From sequence record NZ_CP081674.1: a stretch of 64,000 nucleotides of DNA, one strand, 5' to 3'. The notes beneath the pieces are model-generated. The model saw only the letters and a program-made list of their open reading frames with translations, was not told where the DNA came from and did no database searches. The position numbers and the translations under genes are program-made. The stretch is from a plasmid. Position 1 is the first letter of the stretch. Every line of letters starts with the position of its first letter. Below are positions 1 to 9,030 of this stretch, in pieces.

Positions 1-139
1 GAACTAGCCGCACTTCATCGGCGGTAGAGCATTGCGGCCAATTTCGGAGCACAACCTAGTGGAATTAACGTGTGCCACGAGCTCCGTCTGGCGCAAGAGC
101 ATCAAATAGCAGGCTGCCGTTGCCTGCAGCTGAGCGCCA

Positions 140-1678
140 TTATCGTCGGTCACCCAACGTTTTCCGGAGAAATTCACCCGTCGACGCAAACTCGGATGCA
201 TCGCGGGTCGACGCGTAGATGCGACATACCTCTATGGCGATGTAGGTCTCGTCCAGCATCAACTTCTTTGCTAGTACACGGATATAGTCGTGGTGATCTC
301 CTACGCCGCTCATCACCTCTGCGACGCTTATGCTGTGATTGCTTTTGAAATACTCCTCAACCTCGGTGCAACCGAAAACCAGCGTCTCGGGTGCCACGCC
401 TCCGGGTAAATTTGCAATGAAGGGCTTAAGATCCTTCAAGTCGCCGACCTTAATGTCTCCATCATATAGTCCTACTGCTCTAGTACCCGCTTTCCGCAAA
501 AGCGAGACAGCCGACGGTATGTTTTGTGCATCACCAACGTCCAAAACTTGGACTCCCGAGAGAAGATCGCTATTGCAACTGCGAATGATCTCAATCGTTA
601 GACGACGCGAAAACTCGTCCTCGACGCAGACGATCGCTCTTTCGTTGTCCCTGGCATCACCGTGAAGGTACGCGTCTATTTGGTAGGTACTCAGACCGGT
701 CGCCGCGTCAATCAGCCCGTCGGGTTGCCGTTTCAGGTATACGACCGAATCGCGCCCAAATTCCATCAGAATCGCAGCACTGTGTGTGGTCAATATGATC
801 TGATGACCTCGACGACCTGCTACATCAACTAGATATCTCGCTAGCCGGCGTTGCGCCTCGCCGTGTAGCGAAGTCTCGGGCTCCTCGAGAACAAATAAGC
901 TCTGCGCCGGAGCGCCCTCCATTGTATTGACCATGTAGACGACGCGCCCTTCGCCGAAGCCCATGTGGTTTTCTGAATAACGTTTTCCATTTCGAGTGGC
1001 CATCGCCAACTCCGCGGTCCGATTGGAATGGGTCACTTCGGTGAAACCCAGCTCATCGTACGGTAGTCCAAGTATCGTGGCGACGTTGTTTGCGGCATCA
1101 TTTGGCAGTTCGCGCGACGTCCCCAATTGAATCCGGTGCCCGCCATATATGGATAGATCGCGCCGCTCAACCTTGGGTATGAACTGGGTGAATCCGATGT
1201 AGTAGCAGGATCGTTCAGGCTGACGCTTGTATCCAGACCATTCTTTGGCCTTTCTGCTTACCGTCACTTTCTGCGGTTCCGCGCCACGCTCGACACAGTA
1301 CGAATAAACTACTTGCGCATCATCGCTGAACGGCGATGGATCAGCCGCAGATACGGGAAAGAAGTCCTTAATGTAGAATCTTGAAAGTGCGGCGGTCACA
1401 GCTTTGCGATATGCGCAACTCGCGAGCTGTGCAATTGTACTCTTGCCCGTTCCATTTAACCCAGATAGGGCGGTAATAGGCGACTGGAAATCAAGGGTCA
1501 GATCGGCAATTCCCCGGAAACCGTGAATCTCAATTGATTGCAGGATTGGTCCGTAATTGGCATATCTGTGGTCTAACTTGAACTTTCCCGCCAGCTTTCG
1601 GACATTGTCGTCATGACTCATCTGCGGGCTTGCCTCACTTCGGCTACTAACGATGGAGAATGGAAACGCACGGCTCAT
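140..1678 (-). CDS. OLD-family (class 1-like) ATP-dependent nuclease: N-terminal ABC/AAA ATPase, C-terminal TOPRIM/DUF4435-like domain
   Basis: The 512-aa ORF has a Walker A motif GLNGTGKST. It has a Walker B and D-loop VLEEPETSLH and an H-loop ILTTHS. The C-terminus has CVEDEF and LYDGD, which are TOPRIM-like E and DxD motifs. The locus is lower GC (about 53%) than the rest of the window. The start may be the internal Met MSHDD (about 1621). Confidence 0.55.
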   Translation of the reverse strand: MSRAFPFSIVSSRSEASPQMSHDDNVRKLAGKFKLDHRYANYGPILQSIEIHGFRGIADLTLDFQSPITALSGLNGTGKSTIAQLASCAYRKAVTAALSRFYIKDFFPVSAADPSPFSDDAQVVYSYCVERGAEPQKVTVSRKAKEWSGYKRQPERSCYYIGFTQFIPKVERRDLSIYGGHRIQLGTSRELPNDAANNVATILGLPYDELGFTEVTHSNRTAELAMATRNGKRYSENHMGFGEGRVVYMVNTMEGAPAQSLFVLEEPETSLHGEAQRRLARYLVDVAGRRGHQIILTTHSAAILMEFGRDSVVYLKRQPDGLIDAATGLSTYQIDAYLHGDARDNERAIVCVEDEFSRRLTIEIIRSCNSDLLSGVQVLDVGDAQNIPSAVSLLRKAGTRAVGLYDGDIKVGDLKDLKPFIANLPGGVAPETLVFGCTEVEEYFKSNHSISVAEVMSGVGDHHDYIRVLAKKLMLDETYIAIEVCRIYASTRDASEFASTGEFLRKTLGDRR

Positions 1679-1930
1679 TCTGCCACTGAGATCTACCGTT
1701 GATGTTCATTTTTACGCAACATGGCTATGCGGCTACCCGACTGCCGCCGGCATGACGTCGCCACCTCCAGACGATGATTCTCCTGAGGCCGGCGTGCTCG
1801 AAAGATAGTTAGCTGGTGGCGGTGCTGTTTCTGACTGTTGCCGGACGTCAGTGTTGGAAATTTTGTTGGCATCGGTGCAGGTGGAAGGTTTCTGATGTAG
1901 GAGATTGGGGTGAATATTTACACCCATCTC

Positions 1931-4438
1931 CTACTGTGTGGAGTGCACGGCGGATGATGACACAGGGGTGGTGGGGTTTGCTGCCCTGCGCGCGGTGATC
2001 TCGGGGACTGATGGTGTGTCGAGGAAGATGGTGGCGCGTTGTCGGGCGCGACGGTCGAGCTGGGCGAGTTTGTCTTCGGCGGCGGCCAAGCTGGTCCGCA
2101 GGCCGTCCGCCTCGCCGAGCCAACCGGCGTTCTCGGCTTCGGCGACGCGTGCGGCGAGGTTGTCGCGGATGGTTTCAAGGCGGGCTCGTTGCGCTGGGTC
2201 GATTCGCAATACTGGGCAGCGGATGCAGCTGTGCTCATGCTGGCAGCTGGTGCCGTAGGCGCGGCCGCAGTCTCCGAGGGCGAGTTTGCGGCGCTCGAAA
2301 TGCCCGAGGAATTCGTCCCATTCGGCGTCGGTAGGAGTGCGGTATTCCTCGCCTGGCCGTAAGGTTCGGCGTCGGGCGATGAACGCGCGGTGACCGTTGA
2401 TGGCTTCTTCGGGGTAGATGGCTTTGTACCCCATTGTGGTGTTGATGTCTTTGTGCCCAAGGAGAAGTTGTGCGATGTGCGGAGGCATCCCGTTGAGGAT
2501 GGCATCGGTGGTGAAGATCCGCCGGAAATCGTGCGGCCGAAAGTAAAGGGGTTGGCCGTCAGCATCTTTGAGGTCGCTCGCTTCGAACGCTTCTCTGATT
2601 GCGATCCGAATAGTCCCGGTAGATAGCGCTTGGCGGTGACCGGCAGTTGTCCATTGAAATAGCAAGGGGGCCGGGGCTTCCCATGATCGCTCGTTTTCGT
2701 CGTAGAACGACACCAACGGGATGGCGTGACCGTCTCCGCGGACCCTGGTCACGATTGTGGCGAGGACGTCGGCGAGTTCCGGACTGACGACCAGCAGGCG
2801 CTCCTGGTCGGTTTTCGAGGGAGCGATGTGGAGCAAGGGAATGATCTCGCCGGTCGTTGGAAGTTGATATTGAGTGATGCTGTGGTGGCTGGTTTCGAGC
2901 ATCTCCTCGATACGGACTCCGGTGTGCCGCAGGAACTCCACAGCGGCCCATCCCCAGAACGCTCGGTTTTCCTCTTCAAGAAGCTGCCGTTTGCGGCCGG
3001 CTGCGTCGATCACGGTCGTGAACTGTCGGCGGGAACCTCGACTACTGGTGAGGACTGCTCTGGTGAAGGTCTCTCCGGCAACTGTGAAGGTGTCGTCGGT
3101 GGTCGTTAACGCGGCTTGCAGTCGTGTACGGGCGTCTTGGGCTCGCTTGGCCGCGTTATCGACGATTGTCGACAGGTAGGGGCGCAGGTCACGGGTGCGC
3201 TGGTCGATGCGGGCCTTGCGTTGTGCGAAGGTCTTCTTCAGGAGTACCTCGGTGGCGCTGATGGGGCTTGGGACTGCCCACTGGGCCCAGCGGGCAGGGT
3301 CTTCGGTAGCCCATTGGGCCAGGTCGAGATAGAAAGCCCGCACCTGGTGCAGGATCGGAATGTAGGAACGGCGCGGTGCGACCGCTTCGGTCATGGTTCC
3401 GTCTGCCTGGCGCGTGCGGGTGGTCTTGTTGCGCAGCCGTTCCTTCCATGCCGCTGCGGTTTGTGGATCCAGCTTCAGCGAATCGATACCTGGGTTGTGG
3501 AGTTCCAAGTCTTTCCAGAAGTTTGAGCCCAGGCGGCGGGACATTGCCTCCAAGGTGGTGTAGTCCAGCGCGGGTTGGCGTTCGGTGAGGTAGTCGACCA
3601 GCAAGTTGCGGATCGGCTGGTTTTGCAGCTGGTAGCGGTCGATGAGTTGTTCGGGTGTGCGTTGACCCGTGTAGGCCGTGATCCTGCGCAGGGTGACCGG
3701 AGCGTCGGCAGGGAACTGTCCGGCGGCCCTCAGGAGCGTGTAGAACTGGTAGCGGCGAGCTCCGCAGGTTTCGCGGGCGACTTCGATCTGGCGTAGTTGC
3801 ACGCAGTCGCCCACGGTGATGTCAGAGACTGTGCCTCCTTTGGCGGCCAGCAGGACCGCGATTTGCCAGCGCGCCAGCCTACCGGCGGCCGAAGTCCACT
3901 GGTCGGAATCCGACGAGGTCTCGATTGTGGCGTATCCATCCGGATCACGGTGGGCAGCCATGATTTTGGTCAATGCGGGGTCTCGGGGGCGCGATAGGAA
4001 GAACGCCATGCTGGGAAACAGGACTTCTGCTGCGGTCAAGGCCATGAAGCCGGCATTGAGTTCTCGAGCGTTCTGGCGGTGGCCGTGTCTGCGCAGCCAT
4101 GTCAGAGGCTCATCCAGCCAGGCCTCGGCATGGTGTTCTATTCCGCTGGATGTCCATCGTTGCTGCCAGGTGTCTCCTGCGTGTTCTGACAGCCAACGCA
4201 GCATTCCCTCGGCGCCGTTCGTGGAGATGGCCGGTGCGCTGTTGCGGATTCTCGTGGTGCGCATCCACTGCAGGATTGCGTCAACCGATGCAGTACCTAT
4301 CGACGTCTCGGTTGGGACGCCGCGAGGCGGGAATCGGCGTAACAGGTCGTCGGCATAGCCGCCATGGCCGTCCACCGGTGGTGAGGCCAGGGTCGGCGTA
4401 CTCGGCGTCAGTTCTCGCTGTGGGGCCGGAGGTCTCAT
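1931..4438 (-). CDS. large tyrosine recombinase, Tn554 TnpB-like
   Basis: The 835-aa ORF has a C-terminal catalytic region HDFRRIFTTDAILNGMPPHIAQLLLGHKDINTTMGYKAIY (R..H..R..Y). It has a Cys/His cluster near the C-terminus, like the 748-aa paralogue at 9014-11260. It makes a 4-nt ATGA overlap with the upstream recombinase gene. Confidence 0.7.
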   Translation of the reverse strand: MRPPAPQRELTPSTPTLASPPVDGHGGYADDLLRRFPPRGVPTETSIGTASVDAILQWMRTTRIRNSAPAISTNGAEGMLRWLSEHAGDTWQQRWTSSGIEHHAEAWLDEPLTWLRRHGHRQNARELNAGFMALTAAEVLFPSMAFFLSRPRDPALTKIMAAHRDPDGYATIETSSDSDQWTSAAGRLARWQIAVLLAAKGGTVSDITVGDCVQLRQIEVARETCGARRYQFYTLLRAAGQFPADAPVTLRRITAYTGQRTPEQLIDRYQLQNQPIRNLLVDYLTERQPALDYTTLEAMSRRLGSNFWKDLELHNPGIDSLKLDPQTAAAWKERLRNKTTRTRQADGTMTEAVAPRRSYIPILHQVRAFYLDLAQWATEDPARWAQWAVPSPISATEVLLKKTFAQRKARIDQRTRDLRPYLSTIVDNAAKRAQDARTRLQAALTTTDDTFTVAGETFTRAVLTSSRGSRRQFTTVIDAAGRKRQLLEEENRAFWGWAAVEFLRHTGVRIEEMLETSHHSITQYQLPTTGEIIPLLHIAPSKTDQERLLVVSPELADVLATIVTRVRGDGHAIPLVSFYDENERSWEAPAPLLFQWTTAGHRQALSTGTIRIAIREAFEASDLKDADGQPLYFRPHDFRRIFTTDAILNGMPPHIAQLLLGHKDINTTMGYKAIYPEEAINGHRAFIARRRTLRPGEEYRTPTDAEWDEFLGHFERRKLALGDCGRAYGTSCQHEHSCIRCPVLRIDPAQRARLETIRDNLAARVAEAENAGWLGEADGLRTSLAAAEDKLAQLDRRARQRATIFLDTPSVPEITARRAANPTTPVSSSAVHSTQ

Positions 4439-5724
4439 GATTTGGCCCTTTCGCCGAAGAGAATGTCGAGGGTGTTGGTGTCGTATCCGTCGGCCGGCGT
4501 GGGGCTTTTGTCAGCACGTGCGGCGACGCGCTGGTAATGGGCCAGGGTGCGCGTAACCACGTCTTCTTGGTTGGGTGTGGTGTAGATCTGCGTGGTTGTC
4601 AGATGGGCGTGGCCTAGCACCCACTGCACGTCGGTGATCGACATCTGAGGATCGTTGCTCATCCGATACGCTGCGGTGTGCCGGAGATCGTGGATGGTCC
4701 AGTTCGATCCGAGCGCTTCCTGTGCGCGGACGAACATCGCTCGCGCAGCTGGATATGAGAGCGCGCGCCAGGGTTGGCGCAAGGTCAGCCATAATGGTGC
4801 AGTTCTGCCGCGAGGTGCACCTCGTTTCCATGCCTGCTCCTGATACAGACGCAGCCATACGAATGCGTCCTGTGATGCTGGGAGCCACTGTGCCGCACGC
4901 GATCCCTTGCGAGTCACGCGGATAAGCTGTTGCCCGGGGTCAACGTCGGCGTGGGTGGTCGAGAGTAGTTCGTCTGCGCGCGCTCCTGTCGATACCCAGA
5001 AAGCCAGCAGGGCACGGTCTCGGTGGGTGCGAAGAGCAGCGAAGAGCCGGTTGAATTGCTCGTCGGGAATGTTCTTCGGTAACCGGCGTTGCGGGCGTGG
5101 ACGGTAGCGGCCAGCCCGCTCGCGCGACACCGGATCGCGCGGATTGCGGTGGGCGTTGCGGCGTCCGGCGCGGCGCGATCGATCGAGCGGGAAGGGATTG
5201 ACCAGCGGGCCCTGCCCAAGTTCGATCTGGTAGTCATAGAACGACCGCAGTACCGCCTCGGCGTGCACTCTGGTCGACGGCGCATAACGACCGGGGGGCG
5301 GGCACGTGCCGGTTGCAGCGGTACCGTCACTCCTTCTATCCGTTGGCTCCGACTGTTCCGGTTTCCCATCGCGATACCTCCAGTGGACGCGAACCGGCTT
5401 ATCTACCAGCATCATCCATCGTGCGAAGTCGCGGCCCTCGATGGAGGTCGCTCGATCCCAATCCACGCCCACTGCTGCCAGAAAGCGCCACCATCGCAAC
5501 AGATCATGGCCATACGAGCGGATTGTCCCCGGACGACGATCGGCCGCTTGCAGTTCGGCGAAATATGCCGCTACGGGCTCGACGACCACCCCGTTAGCAT
5601 CGAGGAGCCGAAATGGCACCCATCTGTCACCAGTTGCCTCAAGCCGTCCGACGTCGGATACGACCAGGGTTGCAAGATCCCGTTTCCCAGACTCCGGGTC
5701 ACCCATAGCCCGGGAACGTATCAA
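4435..5724 (-). CDS. tyrosine recombinase, Tn554 TnpA-like
   Basis: The 429-aa ORF has a phage-integrase catalytic box HDLRHTAAYRMSNDPQMSITDVQWVLGHAHLTTTQIYT. It is translationally coupled to the 835-aa recombinase. Confidence 0.7.
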   Translation of the reverse strand: MIRSRAMGDPESGKRDLATLVVSDVGRLEATGDRWVPFRLLDANGVVVEPVAAYFAELQAADRRPGTIRSYGHDLLRWWRFLAAVGVDWDRATSIEGRDFARWMMLVDKPVRVHWRYRDGKPEQSEPTDRRSDGTAATGTCPPPGRYAPSTRVHAEAVLRSFYDYQIELGQGPLVNPFPLDRSRRAGRRNAHRNPRDPVSRERAGRYRPRPQRRLPKNIPDEQFNRLFAALRTHRDRALLAFWVSTGARADELLSTTHADVDPGQQLIRVTRKGSRAAQWLPASQDAFVWLRLYQEQAWKRGAPRGRTAPLWLTLRQPWRALSYPAARAMFVRAQEALGSNWTIHDLRHTAAYRMSNDPQMSITDVQWVLGHAHLTTTQIYTTPNQEDVVTRTLAHYQRVAARADKSPTPADGYDTNTLDILFGERAKS

Positions 5725-5779
5725 AACCCAGCCTGACCTGCAATGATTCTGATTTTAGTTCAGTTAACGGATTTACCCC

Positions 5780-6475
5780 ATGGACCTACACGACGACCCT
5801 CAGCGGCTGGTCGAGAAATATGCCGCTCAGCACATCCGGGTGCTGGGCGAGGTACATGGCGATCTGATCGCCCGCTACGGGGAGGTCCCGGATCGTTTTG
5901 TCGATCAGGGCGCAAATGTGCGGCCGATCTCAGTGTCGTGCACGGTACTGGAGACGGTGCTGTTCTCGAGGCTGCGGCGACAGTCGAAAGATTCGACGCT
6001 AAAAGCTATGGCGGGGAATGGTTTTGGGATTCGACTCCTCGACGACAATGGCACGCAGATCCGTGTGCGCAAGCATCCGCGCAAATGGGACGGCAGTCTT
6101 CTGGACCCGGTCCCGTTCGTCCCAGGCGGGGAGCAGTTCAGCATCGAGGATGTTCTCGGACCCCTCGGCGACGAGGAGGGGATCGCCCAGCCGCAGGCAT
6201 ATCGCCTGTATGTGTTGTGGTGGCCGGGCAGCGTCGGGTTCGGTGGTGCGGCATTGGCGGCGGGTTTGTTGACCAAGCAGGTGCAAGTTCTTTATGGCCG
6301 CACACCGCTGCCGCCGCCGATCATGGAGCAGCGCAACGTGACAGTGGGATCCGATGGCGGCCCGGATGGCCCGGGGTCAGCGACGGGGATGCGTCGCCGC
6401 GACGACGACTTCGCCGAGGTCGACGAGGACGCAGCCAGCGAGGAAGAACAGGAGGATGGCCCGCACTCGTCGTAG
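5780..6475 (+). CDS. hypothetical protein with acidic C-terminal tail
   Basis: The 231-aa ORF is preceded by an AT-richer intergenic region (5725-5779). No motif was recognised. It lies immediately upstream of the HTH-ImmA/IrrE gene. Confidence 0.4.
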   Translation: MDLHDDPQRLVEKYAAQHIRVLGEVHGDLIARYGEVPDRFVDQGANVRPISVSCTVLETVLFSRLRRQSKDSTLKAMAGNGFGIRLLDDNGTQIRVRKHPRKWDGSLLDPVPFVPGGEQFSIEDVLGPLGDEEGIAQPQAYRLYVLWWPGSVGFGGAALAAGLLTKQVQVLYGRTPLPPPIMEQRNVTVGSDGGPDGPGSATGMRRRDDDFAEVDEDAASEEEQEDGPHSS

Positions 6476-6539
6476 GCATCGTGCACAGTGTTGGGTGCAT
6501 GCCGGATCCAGAATCCGGTCACGTTGAATTGAGCGCACG

Positions 6540-7796
6540 ATGATTGAGGTTTTTGGTACACGGGTTCGGCAGGCCCGGTTGTTGAGACGGATGACGGCAC
6601 GCTCACTGGTGGAGCGTGCGGGGTGGAGTACCGCGCGCCAATCGCAGATCGAGCGGTCGGTCACCACTCGGCTGGCCGCCGCCGATGTAGATGTGATGGC
6701 GGAGTTGTTCCGTTTCCCCGCAGCGTTTTTCACTTCTGAGCCACAGACCCGGGTAACCCCGGCCGAGCTGTTGTTCCGGGCACCGAAGTCGATGACGGTC
6801 GGCGAGCAGGATTTCTTGGCGACGTTCGCGTCGCTGGCCGGGGATTTTCTCGGCGAGTTGGATTCGAGGTCGAAGCTGCCGCCGGTGAAGATACCGACGG
6901 TCACTGATGAGGAGTTGGCGCGGACGTCGATCGCGGCGGCCGCAGCCCGGCTGCGGGACCGGATGGGTGTGGGGGCTGATGAGCCGCTTGATGATCTAAC
7001 CTATGAGGCCGAGCGGCTGGGTGCGCCGGTGATTGTGCGGCGCCGGGTGCCCGGTGAGTGGTCCAGTGAGTTCGCCGCCACCGGTGGCCGTTCGCACGAC
7101 GAGCGGCATCTGGGCTATTCGACGTGGGTGGGCCGAATGCGGGATCGGCCGTTGGTGGTGCTGCGAGAGAGTGATTCGTGGGAGCGGACGCGTTTCACTG
7201 TGGCCCACGAGCTGGGCCACTTGGTGCTGCACAGCCAAGTGGATTGCTCGGTCAATTCTACCCATGAGCTCGAAGCCAACCGGTTCGCCACGGAGTTGTT
7301 GGCGCCGGCGACGGCGATCGCCGGCGAGCTGCCTAGGGTTGTGTCGCTGTTGAATCTGCAGCCGATCAAGACCAAGTGGGGTTTGTCGCTGGGATCGTTG
7401 ATCATGCATCTGCGGGATTCGGGGCTGATCGCGCCGACGAAAGCAAAAACGCTTTCCTCTCAACTGTATTCGCGAATCAACCAAACCACCGGGCACACCT
7501 GGGGCATGACCGAGCCGGGATGGCAGGACCGGGCACCGGAGCGGCCGCGGCTGCTGCGCAAGTGGGTGGAACGCTGTTATGGCGGGGCTTCGGTGCAGAT
7601 GCTGGCCGCCCGGGAGTCGATGATCTACCCGGCTGACGTGCTGGACTGGTTGTTGGCCACTCAGCGCCCAGCGCCGGCTGCCGAGCGTAAACCAGTGGCC
7701 GCCACGGCGGGTTCGGCGCGGCTGGCCACGGCGCGGGCTAGTGCGCCTTCGCCGGTGATCCGCCTCGACGACTTCCGCCGCAAGGGCCGCACGTAG
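6540..7796 (+). CDS. XRE-family HTH fused to ImmA/IrrE (COG2856) zinc metallopeptidase
   Basis: The N-terminus is Cro/C1-like HTH (RVRQARLLRRMTARSLVERAGWSTARQSQIERSV). It has a HEXXH motif HELGHLVLH and a downstream Glu (HELEANRFATELLAP) typical of the ImmA/IrrE family. Confidence 0.7.
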   Translation: MIEVFGTRVRQARLLRRMTARSLVERAGWSTARQSQIERSVTTRLAAADVDVMAELFRFPAAFFTSEPQTRVTPAELLFRAPKSMTVGEQDFLATFASLAGDFLGELDSRSKLPPVKIPTVTDEELARTSIAAAAARLRDRMGVGADEPLDDLTYEAERLGAPVIVRRRVPGEWSSEFAATGGRSHDERHLGYSTWVGRMRDRPLVVLRESDSWERTRFTVAHELGHLVLHSQVDCSVNSTHELEANRFATELLAPATAIAGELPRVVSLLNLQPIKTKWGLSLGSLIMHLRDSGLIAPTKAKTLSSQLYSRINQTTGHTWGMTEPGWQDRAPERPRLLRKWVERCYGGASVQMLAARESMIYPADVLDWLLATQRPAPAAERKPVAATAGSARLATARASAPSPVIRLDDFRRKGRT

Positions 7797-7821
7797 TGGG
7801 CCGGGCGGGGCTCGGCTGATC

Positions 7822-9030
7822 GTGGCGCGGGTGCAGCTGGTCCGATTCGCGGACCGACCACACACCTATACCGTGGTCGGCGCTGATCAGCTGCCCGTAC
7901 CGCCGGCGCGGGAGTACCTGAGGTTTCTGCGCGAGGAGGGCGCGTCGCCGAACACGGTGCGCGCCTACGCCTATGGGTTGGCGGCGTGGTTCACCGTGCT
8001 GGAACACACCGACACCGCGTGGGATGACTTCCCCAGCAGTATGTTCGGGGCGTTCTTGAGCTATCTGCGCACCGGGGATCTGCCCGGCACCGCCCGTATC
8101 GGGCCGGCGCAGAAAGCAATGGCCGAATCGTCGCTGCAGCCCCGAGGTGCTGCAGTGTTGTCGATGTACCGGTATTTCGCTGATGCCCACGACCTGAGCC
8201 GCCCGTATCGCCGGCTCTATAGCAGCCATGCCCGTTCAGCACGCCGGGGCCACTACGCCCCGTTTCTGACCGGTATCGGGCCCACCGCCGAGCGGGACAC
8301 CCCGCTGTATCGGCGGCGGACAGCCAATCGTTCCGAAACACCGGTGCTGGAGCCTGCTGCCGTCAACACCATCCTGGATGCATGCAGTGTGCAGGATCGC
8401 AATGGCAGGTGGACCAACGGGGCGGTGGGACTGCGAGACCGGCTGTTTTTCGCGGTACTGGCCGAGACTGGGATGCGCATCGGCGAAGCACTGTCCTTGC
8501 GCCACAGTGATTTCAGTATCGCCGGCGGCGACACCCCATCGTTGTTGATCGCCGATCGCGACGATCATCCGCACGGGGTGCGCGCCAAGACCGGGGCCCG
8601 GCGCATCTACATCGGTGACGACCTGGTCGCCCTCTACACCGAGTACGTGTGGGCCTTGGTGTCGGCCGGCGCTGATATCGCCGTGGACGATCTGTCCACC
8701 CATTTCGTGTTCGTCAACCTGGTCCGTGGGGTCAGGTATGCCGCGCTGCGTCCCGAAACCGTCTACGACAAGGTCGATCTGATCACCGAACATCATCCCG
8801 AGGCGCTGCCGGCGGACTGGACACCGCACTGGCTGCGCCACACCCATGCGACCGCGCTGCTGTTGGCCGGGGTGGATCCGCATGTGGTGATGCGACGGCT
8901 GGGCCATGCCGACGTGCAAACCACCCTCTCGATTTATGGGTGGGTGACTGCTGACGCCGAAATGCGTTCGCTGGCCGGATGGAAGAGCTATGTCGCCGGG
9001 TGGAAGGTGAGCCATGACAGGTCGTCCTGA
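7822..9030 (+). CDS. tyrosine recombinase, Tn554 TnpA-like
   Basis: The 402-aa ORF has a GTG start. Its catalytic box is WLRHTHATALLLAGVDPHVVMRRLGHADVQTTLSIYGW. It overlaps the next recombinase gene. Confidence 0.7.
   Translation: MARVQLVRFADRPHTYTVVGADQLPVPPAREYLRFLREEGASPNTVRAYAYGLAAWFTVLEHTDTAWDDFPSSMFGAFLSYLRTGDLPGTARIGPAQKAMAESSLQPRGAAVLSMYRYFADAHDLSRPYRRLYSSHARSARRGHYAPFLTGIGPTAERDTPLYRRRTANRSETPVLEPAAVNTILDACSVQDRNGRWTNGAVGLRDRLFFAVLAETGMRIGEALSLRHSDFSIAGGDTPSLLIADRDDHPHGVRAKTGARRIYIGDDLVALYTEYVWALVSAGADIAVDDLSTHFVFVNLVRGVRYAALRPETVYDKVDLITEHHPEALPADWTPHWLRHTHATALLLAGVDPHVVMRRLGHADVQTTLSIYGWVTADAEMRSLAGWKSYVAGWKVSHDRSS

Larger units (their letters stand above)
1931..5724 (-). mobile_element. 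tyrosine-recombinase transposase module (Tn554-family-like, tnpA-tnpB, no convincing tnpC)
   Basis: Two overlapping tyrosine-recombinase genes of about 430 and about 835 aa match the Tn554 tnpA/tnpB size pattern. GC drops sharply at about 1930, just downstream of tnpB. Ends are not defined. Confidence 0.45.

Noticed and set aside
140-1678. Calling the ATPase-TOPRIM protein a fused PARIS (AriA-AriB) system
   Set aside because: Its size of about 500 aa fits class 1 OLD/GajA-like single proteins better than an AriA+AriB fusion of about 900 aa. It is left as OLD-family.
1733-1927. 64-aa ORF directly downstream of the left tnpB-like gene; considered as a tnpC equivalent
   Set aside because: It has no similarity to the TnpC-like protein of the right module. 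It has odd composition and lies in the GC transition zone. It is probably non-coding.
1918-2565. Many long ORFs antisense to or overlapping annotated genes (for example 1918-2565, 6377-6904, 6996-7865, 8236-9054, 16334-17053, 25016-26197, 26167-26985, 27644-28585, 32498-33262, 58728-60425, 61047-61898)
   Set aside because: These are typical spurious open frames of high-GC DNA. They are fully contained in stronger, motif-bearing genes on the other strand or frame.
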